Below, piece after piece: positions 43,310-56,088 of a DNA stretch of 64,000 bases. Each line of letters begins with the position of its first letter. Within the stretch, counting starts at the first letter, position 1. The notes under the pieces were generated by a model. The model was not told where the DNA came from. It did not search any database and worked only from the letters and a program-made list of their open reading frames with translations. This stretch comes from Paraspadella gotoi. Lineage: Eukaryota; Animalia; Chaetognatha. Made by a program: the position numbers and the translations under genes. The stretch covers positions 1,105,218 through 1,169,217 of the forward strand of contig CM119268.1 in assembly GCA_051294375.1 (NCBI GenBank), read 5' to 3'.

Positions 43310-44792
43310 ACTCACTCACAGATTTAGTCACTTTCTTTGCCTAGGGGTCTCGTGTGAGTCTTGATGTGACTGATAATTACTTAGGAATGTTAAAAATGTA
43401 GTAATTAGATAAATTTCGAACGAGGACTACATATTTCAGAAAAAACATAAGGGTCGGCGTATGGAAAAAACGAATCTTAACAAATATCGATCGGAATTTG
43501 ATTATAATTTTNNNNNNNNNNNNNNNNNNNNNNNNNNNNNNNNNNNNNNNNNNNNNNNNNNNNNNNNNNNNNNNNNNNNNNNNNNNNNNNNNNNNNNNNN
43601 NNNNNNNNNNNNNNNNNNNNNNNNNNNNNNNNNNNNNNNNNNNNNNNNNNNNNNNNNNNNNNNNNNNNNNNNNNNNNNNNNNNNNNNNNNNNNNNNNNNN
43701 NNNNNNNNNNNNNNNNNNNNNNNNNNNNNNNNNNNNNNNNNNNNNNNNNNNNNNNNNNNNNNNNNNNNNNNNNNNNNNNNNNNNNNNNNNNNNNNNNNNN
43801 NNNNNNNNNNNNNNNNNNNNNNNNNAAAAAAAAAAGAAATTATAAATATATATAAAAAAAATATAGTTTTTACTCCATTTTACAAATATTTTTTTTTTCG
43901 ACACACACTGTCTCCTCGTGAAACAAAAACAAACAAAATAAATAAATAAAGCCTGCATTTTAATTTCTATACAAACTAACACCGATATCTTCTTTTTTTT
44001 TAAGTTTTCGTATCATTTGTTTTGATATTTTTTTTCGTTTGAACGATTGCAACACGGAACACGATTTAATACTCCTTTCATTGATTTCATCATCGGACTG
44101 AATTCGTTTGATTATTTTAATCTTCGTCGCATCTGCAAGTAACTTGCTCCTTCCTTCATAGTCGCCACGAAAATCGTTTGCAGTTATTAAAAAAACAAAA
44201 AAAACAACCAGAAACTAAAAAAAAAAAAAAAAAATAAGAAATAATTTTTAGGAAATAAACGTGAATAACAATTTATTAAACAAAAGTAACAAATCAACGA
44301 GAGCGACATCTACGTGTTTTTTTTTCGGTTTTCGACCGCAAAAAAGTCGTCTGTTTTTTCCTTCTCTCGTTTATTAAAAAAAAATATAATTTAAGTATTT
44401 TTTTACTATTTTCAAGTAATTAATTTTTTTTTGGTCTCTTTCTCTCAACGTTTTCGTGTTTGTTGTGTGCGGAAGAAAAAGAAATACTGTTTTTTAACGA
44501 TATAGCTATTCGCATAGCTAATCAAAAAATAGTAAAAAAAAAACAAAAACAAAAAAATATTTAGCTATTCGAGTAGCTTATTAAAAAAATAAACCCTTCG
44601 AAAAAAAAACTGAAATAAAAAGGAAACAAAAAAAAACAAGAAGACTGTCTCCACTGGAAACCCGCGGAATTCCAAACTTGGTTTCCAACAAACAATTATC
44701 TACAAGCCCCAAAAGAAAAAAAAAAAACATTTAAAAAAAAAAGAGGAAAAATATACAAAAACTCTTGACTCAAAAAAATCCTAGAAAAAAAA

Positions 44793-44906
44793 ATGGGGGC
44801 GAAGCAGTCGAAAAAGAAAAAGCTCTCCAAAGATGACATCAATTTTCTTCTCGACACAACTAGTTTCGACAAAAAGCAAATCAAGGAGTGGTACGAAGGA
44901 TTCATA
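44793..44906 (+). CDS. ncs-2: Neuronal calcium sensor (NCS-2-like), coding exon 1
   Basis: ATG at 44793; translates MGAKQSKKKKLSKDDINFLLDTTSFDKKQIKEWYEGFI with MGxxxS myristoylation motif and NCS hallmark IKEWYxGF; phase-0 donor ATA|GTAAGT at 44907. Symbol is from recalled similarity to nematode NCS-2, not a search. Confidence 0.93.
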
Positions 44907-45270
44907 GTAAGTTCTAGGAGTGNNNNNNNNNNNNNNNNNNNNNNNNNNNNNNNNNNNNNNNNNNNNNNNNNNNNNNNNNNNNNNNNNNNNNNNNNNNNNN
45001 NNNNNNNNNNNNNNNNNNNNNNNNNNNNNNNNNNNNNNNNNNNNNNNNNNNNNNNNNNNNNNNNNNNNNNNNNNNNNNNNNNNNNNNNNNNNNNNNNNNN
45101 NNNNNNNNNNNNNNNNNNNNNNNNNNNNNNNNNNNNNNNNNNNNNNNNNNNNNNNNNNNNNNNNNNNNNNNNNNNNNNNNNNNTAGTAAGTTCTAGGAGT
45201 GGCACGAAGGATTCATAGTAAGTCCGAGGAGTGGTACGAAGGATTCATATTAAGTTCATAGTATGAGGAG
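44885..45270 (+). repeat. 32-bp minisatellite spanning the exon 1 end and splice donor
   Basis: Unit GGAGTGGTACGAAGGATTCATAGTAAGTTCTA seen at 44885 and again at 45184-45260 with 32-bp spacing; the middle is an N-gap. Confidence 0.85.
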
Positions 45271-45451
45271 TGTGTTTTAAGTTGTTTTAGATTTTTTGAC
45301 TATTGGAGAAAGTGAACAATTCTGAATGAATTAATCCGAATGATAATAATCTAATTTTTATAGATTTATTTATTGTTCATCACCATAAAAAATTGGTTTA
45401 AAATGATAATCATATAATTCTGCAATCTTTAAATCAATTAAATTGATTCAG

Positions 45452-45578
45452 GCGGATTGTCCGGGAGGCGAATTATCGCGAAAAAAGTTTAAAGAAGTTT
45501 ACCAACAATTCTTCCCGGCGGGAAAGGCCGAGGCTTTTTGCGAACACGTCTTTAGGACGTTCGACACGGACAATTCAG
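45452..45578 (+). CDS. ncs-2: NCS-2-like, coding exon 2 (EF-hand 1 and start of EF-hand 2 loop)
   Basis: Acceptor TTGATTCAG|; translates [42 protein letters not shown](G); CPxG non-binding EF1 and FRTFDxD EF2; phase-1 donor G|GTGAAC at 45579. Confidence 0.95.
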
Positions 45579-46293
45579 GTGAACCAGCATCTCATTTGCA
45601 TATTGCAGCGTTGTAAATGATCTTTTGTAACGTAGTTTACTTATGCATACATTTCTCAATTGGAAAATATGGAGCGGAAAAAATTTTGGCTGACAGGATA
45701 TGTTTTCATTTAAGTAGATTGCCACATGTGATTGAAAGCTTAATATAAATCTGATAAAAAATAAGCCGCTTTTATGGTTTGGAGTTTTTTCAATGGGTGT
45801 GAGGTTACGATGGTGTGTGATGTGATGTGATGTGATGTGATGTGATGTGATGTGATGAGGCGCTTGAACGGGGATTGGATTTTATTTTGAAACCTATTCT
45901 TCCGGTCGAGTTATACAGTTTTGTGACTGTTGCTGTTTTTGTTTTTAATATCGTTTTTAGAATTAAAAATATATATATATTATGGCTGCCTTAAAAGGAG
46001 ATTAAAAAACGCTTCGTACATAATCACATATTGAAACATATGAATATACAATTAACTACACTTTACACATTAAAGATTTATATTAAAAAAATGCAAGAGA
46101 CGAGTAGAAAACGGAAGCCGACAAACCTGAGGACGAAAGTTGCCAATGAGATTGGCAAAATAGAGAGGTATATAACAGAAAGGAATAAACCTATTATAAA
46201 GAAGAAACGTTATGACTCTCCAGTAGTGAGACGAAAATGTCGTTATTTAAAGAAGAAACGCCTCCCCGCTCTTCGCTGCCCCGTCGGCGTTAT

Positions 46294-46405
<112 letters not shown>

Positions 46406-47183
46406 CCTGCTTCAAAAATGTCCCCTTTTTATCTTCTTGAACTTTTGACTCTGTCCTTAAAGCTTTCACGATGAGCTTTTAATGCCAACCCTTTTCCTAA
46501 AAAAAAAACCGTTTTTCTTTTTCTTTCTCTGTCAAAATCTCTTTGTTCCGGACTTCAAATTATTTCTCCCCCCCCCTTGTCTCCTTCGTTCATATTTGAT
46601 ACAGTGTGATTCTTCTTGCTATCAACAGTTCCACTTTTCCTTTTTCTTATCTTATTTTAAAAAAAATATTATTAGTTCAATTTTTTACATGTACATCATA
46701 CATGTAAAAACGCTGACATTTTTTTATTGGGCGTGGTAAAAGTTACGTACAAAAATTCTTAAAGTCAATTATTAACAACGTACCTTCAGTGAACATTAAT
46801 TTATAACAAATATTATTTTTATTTTTTATTTTTACAGAAGGCTATATTTATATATAGTATTATCCTTATAAAATCGTACAATTTCAAAATAGGCTTTTTC
46901 TAATTTTGATGGAAGATTTGAATTCCTCGTCCAAAGTTGATGAAAGAAAATAGAAATCGCTAGTATTGCTCCATCTCCTTTCTTTCTCGATTCGCTCGTA
47001 ACTTCGTCAATGTCAGTCCTACTAGTTTTAAAATAACTCTTTTTTCTTTTAATCTTTTCGATGTCATTCCCGACGGAGTCCGCCATCTTTTTTTTTCAAG
47101 ATGGCGGCTCCGACTCGGCGGTGAAAATTAATTATCTCCTCCTTTTAATCGATTTAATCTAATTCTTTTCTACGAGGAGAGAG

Positions 47184-47251
<68 letters not shown>

Positions 47252-47802
47252 AGTTAGATTGAAAGTGAGAAAGAGAGTGCGAGCGAAAAATAGAAAAACG
47301 TTAGCCGGTAGGGGTGGGTGTGAGAGAAAAGAGGAGCGAGAGAGAAAAGTAGCAAAATAAAGAGTAAAAGGAAACAGCGAGAGATCGAGCAAGAGAAAGT
47401 AATAGATATGTGGCAAGCTCTGAGAGTTGAGCCACAGCTTGACGGAGGGCGTTGTCACAAAGAGCACTGGTTCTAAGAGTTCAAGTAATAGAGATCGCAG
47501 GGAAAGCAGGACTCTTGGCTTAAGTGTTTTTAAGAACATTGATAATGTACTTGCTACATTAAGAGAGTGAATAAAAACATTTGTCCTTGTTTCAGATTGA
47601 ATCTATGTATTTAGATTAGGCGCGAAAAACAAGACTGAAAAACTTCAGTTTCACAATTCTTAAAGTAAACAATTTTTGGATCACAAAGAATTAATATGAA
47701 AAAGTGCCATCTTCAGAGAAGAGGTTAATTCTAGAAATAACAAAAGGTTTCATATTGGTTTAGAAGCTCTAAGACTGAGTTTTGAACAAAACATTTTCAA
47801 TT

Positions 47803-47876
47803 GCCCAGTTGGCTCTGAGTTGAGAGTCCGGGCTTACAAGATCTCAGGTACCGGGATCGAATCTCCGATCGGGGCG
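47803..47876 (+). pseudogene. tRNA-like sequence (tRNA pseudogene or SINE head)
   Basis: GCCCAGTTGGCTCTGAG...CCGGGATCGAATCTCCGATCGGGGC: about 74 nt, GCCC/GGGC acceptor-like ends, A-box-like TGGCTC and B-box-like GGATCGAATC; anticodon arm does not pair well. Confidence 0.5.
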
Positions 47877-48082
47877 ATTTAATTTTAAATAATTAAGTTG
47901 GTCTGAGAATCCATAGATATAGGAGCGAGTAATTATTGGGTCATATTGGGTAATAATATTCTTCAAAACTTTTTAAAACTCGTTAAATCCGTTCTCCGAT
48001 TAAAACTCGTTAAATCCGTTCTCCGCTTAAAACGAGTTATCAGGCCAAAGGCATTCCTGGTAAGAACCTTTGACCCGACGAC

Positions 48083-48525
48083 GATCACCGCAGCTCACCT
48101 CTGATCACCAATCACTGATCACCGCTGCTCACCTTTGATCACCAATCACTAATCACCGCTGCTCACCTTTGATCACTGATCACCGCTGCTCACCNNNNNN
48201 NNNNNNNNNNNNNNNNNNNNNNNNNNNNNNNNNNNNNNNNNNNNNNNNNNNNNNNNNNNNNNNNNNNNNNNNNNNNNNNNNNNNNNNNNNNNNNNNNNNN
48301 NNNNNNNNNNNNNNNNNNNNNNNNNNNNNNNNNNNNNNNNNNNNNNNNNNNNNNNNNNNNNNNNNNNNNNNNNNNNNNNNNNNNNNNNNNNNNNNNNNNN
48401 NNNNNNNCCAATCACTGATCACCGCTGCTCACCTTTGATCACTGTTCTCCGCAGCTCACCTCTGATCACCAATAACTGATCACCGCTGCTCACCTTTGAT
48501 CACTAATCACCTATCACCGCAGCTT
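48083..48525 (+). repeat. About 34-bp minisatellite GATCACCGCTGCTCACCTTTGATCACCAATCACT
   Basis: Units flanking an N-gap. Confidence 0.9.
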
Positions 48526-50349
48526 ACTTCCCTTCATCGCTCACCTCCTCGGGACCGACCTTTTTCTAGCGGCAGCTCAATAATCTCCTTGCCTTACCCT
48601 TTGAACTTACCCCGTCGCCCGCTAAAACCGTCTCATCCGTTTCTCTTTATCTTTCCTTTCCTTCCCTTTCATTNNNNNNNNNNNNNNNNNNNNNNNNNNN
48701 NNNNNNNNNNNNNNNNNNNNNNNNNNNNNNNNNNNNNNNNNNNNNNNNNNNNNNNNNNNNNNNNNNNNNNNNNNNNNNNNNNNNNNNNNNNNNNNNNNNN
48801 NNNNNNNNNNNNNNNNNNNNNNNNNNNNNNNNCTCTCTCTCTCCCTCTTTTTTCTCGAGAAGAAACTCACTTCGAAGAGAAAACCCATTATTAATCCACT
48901 TTGCTCCATTTAATGCTTTTTCTTCTTTCGTATTTTTCCAATGAATGTAAAATTCCTGTCCTTAGGTATTTATAATGTTTGAGATGAAAACCATAATGGC
49001 AAGGAAATTATCAAGTATATTGTAAACATCTCTTCGGTTAAGTATTTTATATAAATGTACATAATGTCTTCTCCCGTTCTCCTCCCTCTCCTCCTCCTCC
49101 TCTTCTCCCTTTCTCCTCCCTCTCCTCTTCCATTTCTCCTCCCTCTCCTCCTCCCTCCNNNNNNNNNNNNNNNNNNNNNNNNNNNNNNNNNNNNNNNNNN
49201 NNNNNNNNNNNNNNNNNNNNNNNNNNNNNNNNNNNNNNNNNNNNNNNNNNNNNNNNNNNNNNNNNNNNNNNNNNNNNNNNNNNTCTCTCTCTCTCTCCTT
49301 ACCAGGTAAACGCCAGAAATAAAAGCGCTAGGAACCAGAAACCAAACCATTTTTTGGGGGATAAACGGTTTTCCCAACCAAACATTTTTTTCCGCCATCG
49401 TTTCTAATGTTGACATATTTTTGTTTCTTTGCCTTTGATTATTAAACAAGTTGGAAAAAGCTATGTACACTTTTGTTCAGTTAAAACTAATCACAAGAAA
49501 CAAGGTTATCTTCACGGATTTTCAGTTTTTTAAACTTTTCTCCTTCTCTATTGTCTTCGCTAACTGCGACATTAAGCAGTAAAATCTCTCTCTCTCTCTC
49601 TCTCTCTCNNNNNNNNNNNNNNNNNNNNNNNNNNNNNNNNNNNNNNNNNNNNNNNNNNNNNNNNNNNNNNNNNNNNNNNNNNNNNNNNNNNNNNNNNNNN
49701 NNNNNNNNNNNNNNNNNNNNNNNNNNNNNNNNNNNNNNNNNNNNNNNNNNNNNNNNNNNNNNNNNNNNNNNNNNNNNNNNNNNNNNNNNNNNNTTTTTTT
49801 TTTCTTCATGTCTTCCATCTTTCTTTTTTATTCCTTTTTTTTCCCTAAAATTTCTTTATCATTTCTTTTCTTCTGTTTTAATCAAAGAATTTCTAGCGCT
49901 CTTTGTCTCTTTGTCGCTTTGTCTCATTGTCCTTCTTGTCTGGTCCTTCTCCTCTTGTCATCATACTTTTGTCCTCTTCTTCTTTCATCCGTTTAATAAT
50001 GTATGAACTAATCTCGAAAATTCTTTTTTCTGTTCAACATCGACGACGAAATAAACATCAACTACAACAACAACTACATCAACGACAGCATAAACATCAA
50101 CTAACAACAACGACAAAATAAACATTAACTACAACAACAAGAAGAGAATAAACATCTACAACAACAACAAGAGAATAAACATCTACAACAACAACGACAG
50201 CTGCGACGACAAACTGGCTTTCTCCGCCATCACCGCTGGACGCCTTCGTAACCTTGGGAAAAACCAAATTGGAACTGATGCTTTAATCAATTAGAGATTC
50301 TTACTCCTCGGTGATTTGCCTCGTCTCTCCCACTTCGCCGATCGCCTCA

Positions 50350-50940
50350 TCTCTTCTTAATCTCTTCTCTCTTCTTAATCTCTTCTCTCTTATTAATCTC
50401 TTCTCTCTTCTTAATCTCTTCTCTCTTATTAATCTCTTCTCTCTTCTTAATCTCTTCTCTCTTCTTAATCTCTTCTCTCTTCTTAATTTCTTCTCTCTTA
50501 TTAATCTCTTCTCTTTTCTTAATCTCTTCTCTCTAATTAATCTCTTCTCTCTTCTNNNNNNNNNNNNNNNNNNNNNNNNNNNNNNNNNNNNNNNNNNNNN
50601 NNNNNNNNNNNNNNNNNNNNNNNNNNNNNNNNNNNNNNNNNNNNNNNNNNNNNNNNNNNNNNNNNNNNNNNNNNNNNNNNNNNNNNNNNNNNNNNNNNNN
50701 NNNNNNNNNNNNNNNNNNNNNNNNNNNNNNNNNNNNNNNNNNNNNNNNNNNNNNNNNNNNNNNNNNNNNNNNNNNNNNNNNNNNNNNNNNNNNNNNNNNN
50801 NNNNNNNNNNNNNNNNNNNNNNNNNNNNNNNNNNNNNNNNNNNNNNNNNNNNNNNNNNNNNNNNNNNNNNNNNNNNNNNNNNNNNNNNNNNNNNNNNNNN
50901 CTTCTTAATCTCTTCTCTCTTCTTAATCTCTTCTCTCTTC
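50350..50940 (+). repeat. 18-bp minisatellite TCTTAATCTCTTCTCTCT
   Basis: More than 11 units, then a gap, then further units. Confidence 0.92.
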
Positions 50941-51646
50941 GTACTTGTCACTAATACCTGAGGGTCGATGATGTAATCTTGCCTAATCCCCTCTCTTTCC
51001 CCCACTCCCCCCNNNNNNNNNNNNNNNNNNNNNNNNNNNNNNNNNNNNNNNNNNNNNNNNNNNNNNNNNNNNNNNNNNNNNNNNNNNNNNNNNNNNNNNN
51101 NNNNNNNNNNNNNNNNNNNNNNNNNNNNNNNNNNNNNNNNNNNNNNNNNNNNNNNNNNNNNNNNNNNNNNCACTCTTCTCTCACTCTATCTCTCTTCTCT
51201 CACTCCTTTCACTCTTCTCTCACTCCTAAAACTTCTTTCTCACTCCTATCACTCCTCTCTCACACCTATCACTCCTCTCTCACTCTACTAACTCCTCTCT
51301 CATTCCTATCACTCTTCTCTCACTCCTCTCACTCTTCTCTCATTATCTCACTCTTCTCTCACTCCTATCACTTCTCTCTCACTCCTATAACTCTTTTCTC
51401 ACTCTCTCACTCTTCTCTCACTCCTATCACTTCTCTTTCACTCCTATCACTCCTATCACTCCTCTCTCACTCCACTCACTCTCTTACTCCTATCACTCTC
51501 TCACTCCTGTCTCTCCTCTCACTATCTCACTCCTCTCACTCTCTCACTCCTCTCCTTTTTCCACTCCTACCCTCACAATCTGGTTCTTCCCGGATTCGCT
51601 TGACTGGAATCTGTTTCTTGCTCTTATCTAATTTTTTCAATTCCGC

Positions 51647-52007
51647 TTTTTAGTTACGCGGCGAGTGCTCGCGAGTGCTCGCTCACTGTTCGGTTGGTCG
51701 GTCGGTATGTCTGTCTGTCGGTCTGTGCAGCTTACGTTAAAAATGCTCATAACTCGCCTATGATTGGTTGCTCGTTTGTTTAGACAGGAAGAACTTAAAA
51801 TTTAAGTGACTGCTAGCGCCGCCTTCAGGAAATCTTAAAAATATTTAAAGAATAAAAGATGGAATTCCGATGCAAATACAAATACAGTACGAAAACGTTT
51901 ATGTACATGAATTTTCTTGTTATGTAGTCATGTGATCACAGAGAAAAGAAAAGAAAAGAAAAGAAAGTCACTGCGGCGCAACACATTGGATGGACCGATC
52001 TTGTTTT
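51647..52007 (+). mobile_element. DINE-1/HINE-like non-autonomous element, copy A
   Basis: T-run start TTTTTAGTTACGCGGCGAG, GTCY microsatellite, core CTTACGTTAAAAATGCTCATAA, 3' end AAAGTCACTGCGGCGCAACACATTGGATGGACCGATCTTGTTTT. Confidence 0.6.
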
Positions 52008-53035
52008 AACCTTCCCTTCTTTATTCATTACTTTTTATTCCTTTTTTTTTCTGTTTCTGTTTTTTGTTTTTTTTTTCCTCTCTCTGTTGCTTTGTGTTTT
52101 TGTTTGTCACTTTCTTGTTTCTTCTCCATTTATTATATTTTGAATTCCAATTTAAACCTCCTAAGATTACACCAACCAATTTACAATTTGTCTTTTTCCT
52201 TCCGTCTTCGTGGAACCAAATTTACTTTAACTTCTTTTAAAACAAATTGCATCCTAGTATAATGTATTCCTTGCTATTAAATTCGAAACAGATTAAATAT
52301 TTCTAAACCGCGCTCAATCGCCTATGACTGAATTTTATTATTTCTTATTCAATTTTAAAACTTTATATCAGTTTTTTCCCCGCGCTTTCTCTCCTTAATC
52401 TTAATCCTTAATCTTAATCTTTAATCTTAATCTTAATCTTCTCTCCTTAATCCTTTCATTTATTTTTTTCTTATCTTTTCTCTTTTTTGTTTGAGTTTTT
52501 TTTTTTTTTCAATTTTTATCCTTTGATTTTTCGAAATTTTTCCGCGTCACTAGAGAGAGGGCACGGAAGGGGGTGGAAGGAGGTATGTTAGAGGGAGGTG
52601 AGAGGGGTCAGGGGAATAGAGAAAGGGGTGCGGAAAGGGGAGGTGGATGAGGGGTGGTAGGTTAATGCTACAAAGGGGTGGTTGGGGGATGAAAGGGGGC
52701 AGTTAGGGAGTGGGAAGGAATGGGGAGAAGTGATATGAGAAGGGGGATTAAGAAATGGGGAGGAAGGGGGGGTTTGGGGGTGGAAAGAGGGTGGAAAAGG
52801 GAGAGGGGATATGAGGAAGGGAGGTGGAAGGGGGGTGGGGGTGGAACGGGGGTAGGGGGATATGAGAAGGGTAGAAAGGGGCGTAGAGAGGGGGGTAGGG
52901 GATATGAAAGAAATAATAGAGTCGAGTTGTGTTTGTTCTTAAAAGAGCCGCAATAATTTTTATTTGTTTTTTTTTTTTAGGGGGGAAAATCGAAAAATGG
53001 GGATGAAGGTAAGGTGTAGAGAGAGAGAGAGAGAG

Positions 53036-53079
<44 letters not shown>

Positions 53080-53627
53080 AGTAGAGAGAGAGAGGATGGA
53101 ATGGAAAGACAACGAATCAACAACGCAACTCGGCGAAAAGCAAAAATGGCTTCGAGGGAGAAAAAAAAAAAAAAACTCAATACAAAAAGAGAAAAGATGA
53201 AGAAAAAATAAATGAAAGGATTAAGGAGAGAAGATTAAGATTAAGATTTAAGAGATTAAGATTAAGGAATTAAGATTAAGGAGAGAAAGCGGCGGGGAAA
53301 AAAACTGATATACAAGTTTTTAAAAATTGATAAGAAATAATAAAATTCAGTCATAGGAGATTGAGCGCGGTTTATGAAATATTTTAATCTGTTTCGAATT
53401 AGCAAGGAAACATTATGTCTAGGATGCAATTTGTTTAAAAGAAGTAAAGTAATTTGTTCCAGCCGAAGACGGAAGGAAAAAAGACGACGAAGTTGCGTAA
53501 ATTGGTTGGTTAGTCTTAGGCGAGGCTTTTAATTGAATNNNNNNNNNNNNNNNNNNNNNNNNNATAAAAATTTAGTCGACGTCAGCAGAGAAATTTATGA
53601 CAATGAATCGTGAGATTGTGAAAACGG

Positions 53628-53888
53628 GCGAGTGAACGAGCGCAGTGAATGAACTTGGCCGAGCGGGTGAACGCACGTAGGGACTGAGTGAAGTTGAACG
53701 AGCGTGACAATGCACGTAGGGCCTTAGTGATATTGGTCGAGCGTGTGAACGCTCTCTTGGAATGAATGAACTTGGCCAAGCGTGGGAATGCACATAGGGA
53801 CTGAGTGTTATTGGGCGAGCGTGTGAACGCACGTTGGGACTGAGTCAAGTTGTACGAGTGTGTAAATGATGGTTGAGCGTGTGAATGC
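53628..53888 (+). repeat. Degenerate tandem repeat (GAGCGTGTGAACGCACGTAGGGACTGAGTG core)
   Basis: Core recurs about every 40 bp. Confidence 0.7.
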
Positions 53889-54210
53889 ATGCTGGTTATG
53901 AATGATTTGAAGGGATGAACTGTGAAGCCGATTAGTCGGACAATTTAATTCGCGGGAAAGTCGGACACAAAGAGAGATTTGGGGAGCGAACCCAAGCGTT
54001 GAAAGGAATCACAGTCAGGTGTCCAATTTTAAAACTAAAGTTTGTCAAACAAAGAAATGACCGATATAAAAATAAGGCGATGATAGTTGATATATATATA
54101 TATTTATTTATACATCTAAACCGGTAAAAGATTGAACGTCAAACAAAAATGGTTGAATGAATTTTCCTCTTCAACTCTTTACTCCTCGACAGTTTTCATT
54201 CTTCCCTCCC

Positions 54211-54312
<102 letters not shown>

Positions 54313-55193
54313 TCTCCGTAACCTTGGACAAAAGCCTCAAGGATTTCGCTTGTGAATCGAACTCGTGAAAACCTTCGCCGTCTTCACCGTCTTCTTCCTT
54401 ATCTTTCCCGTGATCCCGAGCGAAGGCGTTCACTGCGAGGGGGGAGTCATCCGTCTTGAGGGGGCGTTCACAAACCAAGTCCCTAACCTATAAGTAATTG
54501 ACTTAATCCTTAACCCAATCTTTAATTATAAAAATCAACCTAATTCCGAATTTATAATAAAATGTGGCGTTTTTGGAAAATAAGGCATTTTTTTGTTTTG
54601 TTTGTGATTTTTGGCAGAAGATAATTTTCTTCATCAACTCGATCTTCGATGAATAAAAAAATGAAATCGAAAAAAATTCCGTCTTTCCACCTGAGAATGG
54701 AATTGTTGTTGTTGTTGTTGTTGTCGTTGTTGTTTTGTTTTCGAACTCTGTATAGTACAGTTAAATTCGTTTGTATTTCGATTCTTTTCTTTTTCTTTCT
54801 TTTTTCTTTTTTTTTTCTTTCTTTCTTTATTTCTTTTTCTTTTTTCTTTCTTTATTATTTTCTGTCTGCATTGTTCACCAATCACGAACCCGATTCTATC
54901 TCTTTCTCCGAACTTAATTTCCTCGCTCTCACTCTTTCACACACACTCTCCTCTCGTCTCCTGATTCTCCCTCTCTCTCTCTCTCCTCTCTGCTCTCTCT
55001 CTTCGGTCTGTCTTACTCTCTCTTCTCTCTCTTCTCTCTCGTTCTCTCTCCTCTCTCTCTCTCCTCGTCTCTCGTTCTCCTCCACCTTTCCTCAGCCCTC
55101 ATCCCACCAACTCGAATTTTCAAAGTGCGCGCCTCCTTTTTGGTCGAGCAGGGGGAGAGAGAGAGAGCTATCGAACGAGAGAAGATCAGGAGA

Positions 55194-55232
<39 letters not shown>

Positions 55233-55924
55233 GTTCGACGGATTAATTCGAATCTCCAAACAAACCCTTCGCCATTTGCGCCTCCTTTCTTTTTCTTTTT
55301 TTCTTTTCTTTTTTCTTTTTTTTTCTTCTCTCAACTTTTTTTCTTTTTTTCTTCTCTTTTTTTTTCTTTCCTTTTCTTCTCTCAACTTTTTTTCTTTTTT
55401 CTTTCCTTTTCTTCTCTCAACTTGTTTTCTTTTTTTCTTTCCTTTTCTTCTCTCAACTTGTTTTCTTTTTCTCGCCCTTTACGTCCTCCCGTTATCGTAT
55501 TTTTAATAAATTTTGTTTTAATTAATTTGTGAAATTTGACTCTTTTTCTCTTTTGTTTTTTTAAATTTCAATTTAAATTTATTTTCAAAGTGTGAAAAAA
55601 ATATTAATTTCAATACCTTGTCACAATCGATTTGAACTCTCCAACCCACCATAATTTATCATTATTCTAACTTACTCAGTGGTGAAAATACTAAAATCTT
55701 CCCCTTCCCACAAAAAAAAACAACCGAAAAACAAAAACAAAAGAATAACGGAGTTTTTATCTCAAAACACGTATTGGGGGATTTACATCAAGTTATATAT
55801 TTCTCTAACAAAGAAAAAAAGGAAACAAAATTATTTATGAGAGTTTCTCCAACATAAATTTCTAAGATGTTTTGACATCTAAAGGGATGTATATCTTTCT
55901 TCTTTGGTTCCTCTCTCTCTCTCT

Positions 55925-55997
<73 letters not shown>

Positions 55998-56088
55998 CAC
56001 GCCTGTGAGTCGCGAGAATGATCGAAAATTCAAGGCAAATGAATTTAACGGGTTGACGAAATTGACATGTTAATCAAGTTGCGCCGGG

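Noticed and set aside
45594-45604. Octamer ATTTGCAT as a regulatory site (also near 8602 and 37208)
   Set aside because: An 8-mer at this frequency is expected by chance in AT-rich 64 kb.
47803-47876. Functional tRNA-Val(TAC) gene
   Set aside because: Anticodon and D arms do not pair and the T-loop is non-canonical; kept only as a tRNA-like relic.
48044-48066. 16-nt micro-exon CAG|GCCAAAGGCATTCCTG|GTAAGA in intron 2
   Set aside because: No pyrimidine tract, and inclusion would frameshift the EF2 loop.
54649-55506. 285-aa ORF and other long S/L/F- or R/E-rich ORFs
   Set aside because: Products of TC/AG low-complexity tracts or N-gaps that lack stop codons.
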